This document shows, one piece after another, positions 56,951-64,000 of a stretch of 64,000 nucleotides of DNA. The first letter of the stretch is position 1, and the number at the start of each line of letters is the position of its first letter. The notes under the pieces are model-generated. The model was given only the letters and a program-made list of their open reading frames with translations, was not told the DNA's origin and did not search any database. A program made the position numbers and the translations under genes. The DNA is from Chloroflexota bacterium (GTDB lineage: Bacteria > Chloroflexota > Anaerolineae > J036 > Brachytrichaceae): positions 25,108 through 89,107 of the forward strand of contig JAUQQA010000003.1 in assembly GCA_030550095.1 (NCBI GenBank), in the 5' to 3' direction.

Positions 56951-59668
56951 ATGCTCATGGGACGATCCCGCACACGCGCACACCTGCTTGTCCTACTCCT
57001 CACATTGCTTGGGTTTGCTATCCGCTTGATTGAGCTTGAAGGACGCAGCTTGTGGCTAGACGAAGGATTCAGCTTGTTGCATCTAGAGCAGGAGTGGAGC
57101 GAACTCTTCAGCGGTGTTGTCTATCGCCAAGGCATACCCACTCGAAGCATGCATCCTCCGCTTTACTTCGCTCTACTGAAGCTGGTCAATGAGCTGGGAG
57201 GCGCGCACCTATTTGTCTGGCGGCTACTCTCTGTGTTCTGCTCGACGTTGCTTGTGCCGCTCACTTGGTCTGCGGCGCATCGCTTCACAGGTCGAGCCAT
57301 TGCAGGCGTCTTCGCTGCTTTGTTGGCGTCTATTGCCCCCGCCTACCTGTGGCAAGCCGCTGAGGTGCGCATGTATGCCCTCGTCGCTGCATGGGGAGCC
57401 GCCAGCTTTTACCTAGCACTAAGATTGACAAATAAAGGCTACTCCCCTGTGTGGGTGCTCCCTGCCTGGGTGCTGGTGAGCGCAGCTGGCTTGCTCACTC
57501 ACTACAGCTACACCTTCATCGTTGCTGCCCAATTGCCCTTCGTCGGTTGGGGGGTGCTTCAGCACCTCCGACAGGGCAGGCTCTCTGGAAGATTGATCCT
57601 CGGGGCGGTGCTCATCTCTGTGGCAACGCTCGGCGCTTTTCTTACCATCCCCCGAGCTTCACGCGAGCAACTCCTCCACTTTTTGACAACTGCGACTGCG
57701 AAAGGACTACCAGCAGTGGACCCAAGACCTCTGGCTACGGAGATCGGCAACGCCTTTGCCTTCGGGCTCAACGCTGGCGATCCAACGGGCGGTTGGATAA
57801 CCACTGCTTTTGGCCTTGTTGCACTCATCGGCCTTCTCTTTGGACTGCAAAGGGGTGTCGTGCAGCCTGCTCTCGCGTTTGCTACGGTCGCTGTGCCCGT
57901 CATCGCTTGGAGCTGGCTTGGGCAGCGCATTGAGAACCAGCCTACCTTCCGCTACGTGGTCTACGTCTTCCCAGTTCTGCACGTCGGCCTAGGCAGCGCG
58001 CTCAACGAATTGGAGAAAACGCTTCCCAAAGTGCCCTTGATTGTCTTGCTAGGAGCTTCTGCTCTGCTCGCGCCCAACCTTTTCGGCGCATGGATGACCC
58101 ATGTGCGCACGCCCACGTGGCATGATGATTGGCGAGGAATGGCGGAACACTTGAGGCAAAACCTCCGCAAAGGTGACGGTATCCTGCTCAGCTTGCAAGC
58201 CAGTGAATCCGCACTCGCCTACTACTTAGGCTGGCCCACGCAGCGCCTGGAAACGGCTGGATCGTGGAGGAACTATTCGGCGCGCGAAGTTACCACAATC
58301 ATGGCGCGCCGCTATGCGCGGCTCTGGGTGGTGTTGGCAGGCGGTGATGAGGACTATTGGAACAGCTTCACGTTAGCCATAGCTCAGCCCTTTACTTTTC
58401 TCGAGGAGATAACCTTCCCAGCGCGCACCACGGTTCCACGCTTGCGCCTCTACGAGATCCAACCGCTCCTCACTCATGCGCTTCCAGAAAATGCCTACAC
58501 ACTCAACTCAGAAGATCGAGGCCTTGCCGCTGTGAGCTTCAGCACGGCTGATCTCATCTTCGACAGACCTGCCTTCGACCTCATCGCTTATTGGCGCAAA
58601 ACACCTGAGTTGCCACAATCCTTGAGCTTGAAGCTCGAGCATCAGGGAGAAACATGGTATGACTTCCGGGCCTCAGTTGCATTGGGCAATCCGATCAGCC
58701 AACTCGAGGACAACGTTTTCTACGTCACGCGCCACACCTTCCCTGCTTGGCCGGGCCTGCCACCACTGCCGTATGTGTTGAAGATCACCACCCTCGATGC
58801 TAGCGAGCGCGTCATTCAGCATGCAACGTTAGCGCTTCAGCCTGACGACGTGATACGTTACTTGCGTGTGCCCAAACTTGAGGCTTCCCCGGTGTGGAGT
58901 GGAGAAGCGATAAGCCTGATGCGCGCTGAGTTCCCACCTAACCTCGCCGAGGGAAATGCGTTGCCTGTTGTCCTGACATGGCGTGTGGAGAAAACACCAC
59001 ACTCTAATGATGTTGTCCGCATTGAGCTTGAAGGCAGGGAAAGCGTGTTCGCCGAACATGCTCTAGGAGAGCATCCCTGGCCCGCAGAGCAGTGGCACGT
59101 GGGCGAGATTGTGCGTGACCAATTTGCTCTACCAACTGAAGCAATGCCGGCGGGTCATTACAAGCTGCTGCTCACGCTCACAAGCGGCGGCAAGAGACAT
59201 CGCCTCACCTTAGGCGACGTGCGCATTGAGCCGCTCCCGCCTATCCCTGTGCAGCTCGATTTCAACCGCCCCATTGACGCGCGCGTGGGCACGCTCTCGC
59301 TGCTTGGCTATCGCGTCGAGCCTCTCTCTGCAAGGGATACGCTGACAGTTGTCACCTTCTGGCGTGTTGAAGAAAAGTCATCCGAGGATGGGAGGCTGTT
59401 CGTGCATCTTTTCGATCCAGAAGGGAACTTTGTGGCCCAAGACGATGGCGCCCCGTTCAACGGTGCGCGCACGATGCGCGTGCTCAGACCAGGTGACCTT
59501 GTGCGTCAAGTCCACGTGATGCGCGCCAGCGCACCCTTGCGGTCTGGAGCCTACACACTCCGTGCCGGCGTTTACAACGCAACCACTCTGGAGCGCTGGC
59601 CAGTGATCCAGAACGGTGCGCCTGCGCGCGATAACCTTGTCGATCTTGGCAGAGTCGAGATCCCCTAG
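56951..59668 (+). CDS. GT-C fold glycosyltransferase, family 39 / ArnT-like (paralog B) with repeated C-terminal beta modules
   Basis: Start at MLMGRSRTRAHLLVLLLTLLGFAIR (ATG 56951). First-loop motif SLWLDEGFS, about 11-12 TM spans, then about 450 aa of soluble region containing 2-3 copies of a W..P..W..G[DE][IL]VR module. Confidence 0.8.
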   Translation: MLMGRSRTRAHLLVLLLTLLGFAIRLIELEGRSLWLDEGFSLLHLEQEWSELFSGVVYRQGIPTRSMHPPLYFALLKLVNELGGAHLFVWRLLSVFCSTLLVPLTWSAAHRFTGRAIAGVFAALLASIAPAYLWQAAEVRMYALVAAWGAASFYLALRLTNKGYSPVWVLPAWVLVSAAGLLTHYSYTFIVAAQLPFVGWGVLQHLRQGRLSGRLILGAVLISVATLGAFLTIPRASREQLLHFLTTATAKGLPAVDPRPLATEIGNAFAFGLNAGDPTGGWITTAFGLVALIGLLFGLQRGVVQPALAFATVAVPVIAWSWLGQRIENQPTFRYVVYVFPVLHVGLGSALNELEKTLPKVPLIVLLGASALLAPNLFGAWMTHVRTPTWHDDWRGMAEHLRQNLRKGDGILLSLQASESALAYYLGWPTQRLETAGSWRNYSAREVTTIMARRYARLWVVLAGGDEDYWNSFTLAIAQPFTFLEEITFPARTTVPRLRLYEIQPLLTHALPENAYTLNSEDRGLAAVSFSTADLIFDRPAFDLIAYWRKTPELPQSLSLKLEHQGETWYDFRASVALGNPISQLEDNVFYVTRHTFPAWPGLPPLPYVLKITTLDASERVIQHATLALQPDDVIRYLRVPKLEASPVWSGEAISLMRAEFPPNLAEGNALPVVLTWRVEKTPHSNDVVRIELEGRESVFAEHALGEHPWPAEQWHVGEIVRDQFALPTEAMPAGHYKLLLTLTSGGKRHRLTLGDVRIEPLPPIPVQLDFNRPIDARVGTLSLLGYRVEPLSARDTLTVVTFWRVEEKSSEDGRLFVHLFDPEGNFVAQDDGAPFNGARTMRVLRPGDLVRQVHVMRASAPLRSGAYTLRAGVYNATTLERWPVIQNGAPARDNLVDLGRVEIP

Positions 59669-59681
59669 ATCAGAAAGCCCC

Positions 59682-61622
59682 ATGCTCAGCAACGCTGCTG
59701 AAAAGCGTGTAGTGCTCATCGCTACCCTGCCCACGCTCCTTTACGTGGGTATGCTATTGCTTTTTCCTCACCGCGACATCCTCATCTTGTGGGAGCGCGA
59801 CTTCAGCGCCTCACCTGGAATCGCCTTTGCGATCGCAGTAGTGTGCACAACGTACGCACTTGCGCTCTGGCTGCTATTGCGCAACGCCCCACCCTGCCTG
59901 AGCACCCCAAGAAAGCAGGCTCTCGCTGCCTTGTTCGTCCTTGGAAGCCTCACGTTGCAGCTGCTCGTAACTGCGGCTGCAGAAGGAAACCCACTCGTCG
60001 GCATTGTGCGCCGCACTTTTGACTGGAGCACAGGCGGCTACTGGACAGTAGGCGCTTTCGTTGAGGACGTGCGCGACTTTATTGGTCGCTACCCCGAGCG
60101 AGCACCGACCTACCCCGTGCACCAAATGCGCCACCCACCAGGCTTGTCGCTCATCTTCACTGCGGGCGTTGCGCTGATGCGCCTTCTTCCTTCGGAATGG
60201 AGTGCTCTCCTCGCAGACCCACTGCGGGCGTATAGCTGCCAAAGCCTGCGCAGTGTGGACACACCAGCCCCCTACGTCGCGGCTGCGTGGGTAGGCATTG
60301 CAGCAGAGATGCTCCTCGCTCTGCTCGTCGCTGCACCGCTCTTCGCTTGGCTCCGGCGCCTGGGGGACGAGCGCAGCGCAGCGTGGGCTGTGGGCTTGTA
60401 TGGGCTCACGCCAGGATTGAGCGCTTGGGTCTCGCAATTCGATCGCGGTATCGCGCTTGCAACGGTCATCATTCTCTACGCTGTGGAGCGATTGGTGCGC
60501 GAGCAGCGCTTGCGTCATGCGTGGTGGGCAGGCTTTTCCTTCTCAATTGCAACCTTCGCCACCTTCGGAGCCGTCCCCATTGCGTTGATCGCCTTGGTAT
60601 ACGCTATTGTGCGTCTGGTTCAGCTCTACTCAATGCGCACGATCTGGGAGCTCCGCTGGCGGATCATCGCTGCGTTTCTGCTTGCAGCGTTTGGGGCGGC
60701 TTCCATTTGGGGAGCGATGTGGCTTTGGAGCGACCTCGATCCTTTCGCGCTTTACCACACAATCTTCGAGAGCCATCTCGGTATTGAGTTCCCCTACTGG
60801 CCCTTCGTATTTTGGCATCCGTGGGATCATGTGACCATGGCGGGCATCCCGCTTGTAGCGCTCTTGCTTGCGCAGGGGTGGCATGGGAAGGCCCTGCCGA
60901 TCGCGGCAGCCTACACCATCACCCTCGGCGCACTTAGCCTTGCTCATGTCGCACGCGCAGAGACAGGCCGTGTGTGGCTCTACTTCAATCCTATCGTCGT
61001 CGCTGGCGCCGCGCTCCTTCTGGCAGAGGCACCGCGCGCACTCGCGCGGATCATCTTGGCGCTTTTCGTGCTGCATGGAGCCATACAAGGCATCTTGCTG
61101 CGCCCAATGCAAGGCCTCGGCATTCTCCCCAATGAGTACCCTATCTACCAGGTGCCACCAGAAGCGCAGGTGATCGACACCCGCTTCACCTCCGACGGCG
61201 CGATCGCGTTGCGCGCCTACCACCTTTCAAGCGCACCACCAGGCGGCGAAGGATACATCACGTTGTTCTGGGAGCGCGTCTCGGAGCGCAACCTTGACCT
61301 CGCGTATAAAGTCTTCGTCCATGTGGCAAAAGACGAAGCCGATCAACAACGCATCGCCCAACATGATGAGATGCCTTACCGCTCGAAGTACCCTACCACC
61401 TGTTGGCAAAAAGGTCAGATCATTGCCGACACACACTTCTTCCGAGTCGATCCAAGCGCAGAGGCAGGCGAATACTTGGTATTCGTGGGCTTGTACGAGC
61501 CTGTGCTGGGCATGCGCGCCCCTGCATTTGCCTCCCCACCTGCACGTGAGCTCCATGCTTCCATCCTCCTGCCAACGCGATTTTTAGTCAGATCACCTGC
61601 CTCGTCTGAGCAACCTCGGTAA
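59682..61622 (+). CDS. Polytopic membrane protein (GT-C-like?) carrying the same C-terminal module as the GT39 paralogs
   Basis: Start at MLSNAAEKRVV (ATG 59682), 14 nt after the upstream stop. About 12 TM spans. The C-terminus ITLFWERVSE..YKVFVHVAKDE..IAQHDEMP..CWQKGQIIADTHFF..GEYLVFVGLYEP is alignable with the C-termini of 16587..18521 and 56951..59668. Confidence 0.65.
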   Translation: MLSNAAEKRVVLIATLPTLLYVGMLLLFPHRDILILWERDFSASPGIAFAIAVVCTTYALALWLLLRNAPPCLSTPRKQALAALFVLGSLTLQLLVTAAAEGNPLVGIVRRTFDWSTGGYWTVGAFVEDVRDFIGRYPERAPTYPVHQMRHPPGLSLIFTAGVALMRLLPSEWSALLADPLRAYSCQSLRSVDTPAPYVAAAWVGIAAEMLLALLVAAPLFAWLRRLGDERSAAWAVGLYGLTPGLSAWVSQFDRGIALATVIILYAVERLVREQRLRHAWWAGFSFSIATFATFGAVPIALIALVYAIVRLVQLYSMRTIWELRWRIIAAFLLAAFGAASIWGAMWLWSDLDPFALYHTIFESHLGIEFPYWPFVFWHPWDHVTMAGIPLVALLLAQGWHGKALPIAAAYTITLGALSLAHVARAETGRVWLYFNPIVVAGAALLLAEAPRALARIILALFVLHGAIQGILLRPMQGLGILPNEYPIYQVPPEAQVIDTRFTSDGAIALRAYHLSSAPPGGEGYITLFWERVSERNLDLAYKVFVHVAKDEADQQRIAQHDEMPYRSKYPTTCWQKGQIIADTHFFRVDPSAEAGEYLVFVGLYEPVLGMRAPAFASPPARELHASILLPTRFLVRSPASSEQPR

Positions 61623-61677
61623 GGGCTGATGCCGTCGCTTGAGCTCGAGATTTAAGCGAGAATGCTGGTTCTTGCAC

Positions 61678-61705
61678 TTGACCCTGCCACCCTGAGCGCT
61701 AGAAT
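61678..61705 (+). promoter_or_regulatory. Candidate dnaA promoter
   Basis: TTGACC (61678-83), a 16-bp spacer, then TAGAAT (61700-05), about 91 nt upstream of the dnaA ATG. Confidence 0.4.
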
Positions 61706-61796
61706 AGCGAACTACTAGCCTGGTTCAAACCTTCAGGATGAAGCGCCTTCCGCTGGGCAGACCACTGATCAAGAGAGCAAGACGAGGTTTGCTGGA

Positions 61797-63161
61797 ATGA
61801 GGCCAGAGGAAGCTTGGCAGTCTGTTCTTGGTGAGCTTGAAGTGAGCATGGGGCGGAGCAGCTTTCTGACCTGGCTGCACGCCGCGCGGATGCTCACATA
61901 CGAGGACGGGCACTTTATCATCGCTGTCGCCAACGGCTATGCCAAGCAATGGCTTGAGCAGCGGAAGCTCTCAGAGATCAAGCGCCTGCTGAGCGCACGC
62001 ATGGGACGGAGCGTAGAGGTGACTTTGACGGTTATGACGAGCAACTCTACAGCATCATCACAATCGCCCACCACGCCACCCCTCATTGCTGCAAGCCAAG
62101 CTCAGCCTGCGCCCGCTGCAACGGCATCCCTGTCCTCAGATGGTTTGCTTCCGCGCTACACTTTCGATGCTTTCGTGGTCGGGCCTGGTAATCAAGTGGC
62201 ATACGCCGCTGCGCGCAGCGTAGCCGATCACCCTGGGCAGTCCTACAATCCGCTCTTCCTCTACGGTGGCTCTGGCTTAGGGAAGACGCATCTCCTGCAC
62301 GCAATCGGCAACTTCGTTAAACAGCGCGGTCTGGTATGTCGCTACGTCAACTCCGAGACGTTCAGCAACGAGCTGATCGCTGCAATTCGCACGCAGTCTC
62401 AAGAAGCCTTCCGCAGCAAGTACCGCCTTGTGGACGTGCTGCTGCTTGACGATGTGCAATTCATCGCTGGCAAGGAGTTCATCCAGGAAGAGCTGTTTCA
62501 CACCTTCAACACGCTGTACAGTGCGAACAAGCAAATCGTGCTCACCAGCGACCGCGCGCCGCGCATGATGGTCACCCTCGAAGAGCGATTGCGCAGCCGC
62601 TTTGAGTGGGGGCTTATGGCGGATATCTCCCCGCCTGACCTCGAGACGCGCATGGCGATCCTGCAGCACAAAGCGGCGCAAATGGGGCGCGAGTTGCCCA
62701 TGGAGGTTGTGGAGTTTGTCGCGCGGCAGATTCAGAGCAACGTGCGCGAGCTGGAGGGAGCGTTGACGCGGCTTCTGGCAACCGCAGATATCACCGGTCG
62801 CCCCATCACCGTTCAGCTTGCGCGTGATGCGCTTTCAGACCTTACGGGGCGGCGCGTCAACATCACACCTTCACAGGTGATCGAGACAGTCGCCGCGTAT
62901 TACAACATCTCTGTCGCGGAGATGGTCTCACCATCCCGCAACAAAGAGCTGGTGCAACCGCGACAGGTCGCCATGTACCTCCTTCGCCAGGAAACCGACG
63001 CCTCACTCCCGGAGATCGGCGCGTTGCTCGGCGGCCGCGATCACACCACAGTGCTCCACGGCGTCGAGCGTATCCGCATGCGCCTCGAAGTCGAAGAGCA
63101 GCTGCGGCGCGACATCATGCACATTCGCGAGCGCCTCTATCTCAACACGCAGCCCTCTTGA
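61797..63161 (+). CDS. dnaA: Chromosomal replication initiator protein DnaA
   Basis: 454 aa. Domain I (WQSVLGELEVSM..FLTWL), Ser/Pro/Ala linker, AAA+ domain (YNPLFLYGGSGLGKTHLLHAIGN, LLLDDVQF), and domain IV (VQPRQVAMYLLRQETDASLPEIGALLGGRDHTTVLH). Confidence 0.97.
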   Translation: MRPEEAWQSVLGELEVSMGRSSFLTWLHAARMLTYEDGHFIIAVANGYAKQWLEQRKLSEIKRLLSARMGRSVEVTLTVMTSNSTASSQSPTTPPLIAASQAQPAPAATASLSSDGLLPRYTFDAFVVGPGNQVAYAAARSVADHPGQSYNPLFLYGGSGLGKTHLLHAIGNFVKQRGLVCRYVNSETFSNELIAAIRTQSQEAFRSKYRLVDVLLLDDVQFIAGKEFIQEELFHTFNTLYSANKQIVLTSDRAPRMMVTLEERLRSRFEWGLMADISPPDLETRMAILQHKAAQMGRELPMEVVEFVARQIQSNVRELEGALTRLLATADITGRPITVQLARDALSDLTGRRVNITPSQVIETVAAYYNISVAEMVSPSRNKELVQPRQVAMYLLRQETDASLPEIGALLGGRDHTTVLHGVERIRMRLEVEEQLRRDIMHIRERLYLNTQPS

Positions 63162-63170
63162 GCAACCAGC

Positions 63171-63452
63171 TTAAACCCGAGGCAACTGGTCAATTTGCTG
63201 CGCGAGCGCAAAATCCTTCTCGGTCAAACCACCAGCGTCGTGTGTGGTGAGCGAGAGCGTCACGCGATTCCACTGGATGAGGATATCGGGATGGTGCTGC
63301 GCTGCTTCTGCAAGCAAACCAACAGCCGTGATGAACATCAGCGACTGCGGAAAGCCGCTCATCACAAACGTTTTAGTGATCTCCCCCTTTTCATTCACCG
63401 TCCACCCCTGAAGCTGCGCTAATCGCTGTTGAATCTCTGCTTGACTGAGCAT
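63171..63452 (-). CDS. 4a-hydroxytetrahydrobiopterin dehydratase (PCD/DCoH)
   Basis: 93 aa from MLSQAEIQQRLAQLQGW. The signature HHPDI..W..V.L.L.THD is present (QHHPDILIQWNRVTLSLTTHD). Confidence 0.88.
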   Translation of the reverse strand: MLSQAEIQQRLAQLQGWTVNEKGEITKTFVMSGFPQSLMFITAVGLLAEAAQHHPDILIQWNRVTLSLTTHDAGGLTEKDFALAQQIDQLPRV

Positions 63453-63500
63453 GCTTTGATTGTCGCACACCGAACAGCCTCTGAGCGCACAACTCACGTA

Positions 63501-64000
63501 TTAATCACCTGTGCGCGCAAGTGCCTCATGATAGAGCGCTACTGTTTCTTGTGCGGTTTTCTCCCAGGAAAAGCGAGAAGCATGCGCCAACCCTTTCGCG
63601 CGTAACACCTCGCGCAGCAATTCGTCGGCGAAAAGAGAACGCAAGCCATCTGCAATCGCTGCCACATCTGTGGGATTTACCAGCAATGCGCCCTCGCCTG
63701 CTGCCTCGGGGATCGCGCTCGCCGCCGAGGCAAGCACTGGCGTGCCGCAGGCGAGGGCTTCGAGTACAGGCATCCCAAACCCTTCGTAGAGCGAGAGATA
63801 GACGAACACATGCGCTGCGTTGTACCAAAGCGGGAGTTCTTCACTGGGGACGTAGCCCGTAAAGCGAACCCTCTCTTCCAGCGCTAGGCGTTCCACCCAA
63901 GCAAAAACTTCCTCGTCATACCATCCGCGCGCGCCGGCCACCACAAGCAAAGGACATTCGCTCGGAGGGAGTGTGGCGAGGGCTTGCAGCAGGCGCACCA
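63501..64000 (-). CDS. Glycosyltransferase family 1/4 (partial; N-terminus beyond the window edge)
   Basis: The C-terminal GT-B lobe is EGFGMPVLEALACGTPVLAS and NPTDVAAIADGL. The frame stays open to position 64000. Confidence 0.8.
   Translation of the reverse strand, partial: VRLLQALATLPPSECPLLVVAGARGWYDEEVFAWVERLALEERVRFTGYVPSEELPLWYNAAHVFVYLSLYEGFGMPVLEALACGTPVLASAASAIPEAAGEGALLVNPTDVAAIADGLRSLFADELLREVLRAKGLAHASRFSWEKTAQETVALYHEALARTGD

Overview
High-GC bacterial chromosomal window with about 55 protein genes and 2 tRNAs. Gene content, Pro/Thr-rich linkers, many LysM/GT-C envelope proteins and promoter hexamers very close to start codons suggest a Chloroflexota-like organism; this is inference only. 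Most of the window is housekeeping: folC, lon, pheT, lepB, gyrA, a Pat-like acetyltransferase, sucD, glnA, mutM, pyk, thrCB, hisHAF(IE), acyP and dnaA. Accessory or unusual content: (1) a tightly coupled seven-gene minus-strand operon at 33.7-42.3 kb encoding FHA, kinase-like-PP2C, extracytoplasmic vWA-TM-FHA, Zn-ribbon-FHA, two paralogous Ser/Thr kinases with atypical catalytic loops, and an SGNH enzyme. This is my best candidate for an under-described system. (2) A FIST-GT39-LysM operon, plus two further GT-C-like membrane proteins that share a repeated C-terminal module. (3) A degraded IS1-family remnant beside an initiator-like tRNA-Met that has a consensus promoter and a terminator. (4) A nested 65-nt hairpin with a U-tract in the glnA leader. 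(5) An unannotated 32-aa Cys-rich hydrophobic ORF between pyk and thrC. (6) An AT-rich 320-bp spacer with a Fur-like 7-1-7 box, followed by a permease / tyrosine-recombinase / thermonuclease islet. (7) A compositional step from about 63-73% GC before ~45 kb to about 50-58% after it, based on hand counts of single 60-nt lines. I found no CRISPR array, reverse transcriptase, recognisable toxin-antitoxin pair or known defence system. Many long ORFs in the track are antisense artefacts of the high GC content and were rejected. Start codons were re-picked where the longest ORF overlapped a neighbouring gene. All product calls rest on motif recognition by eye, not on database searches.
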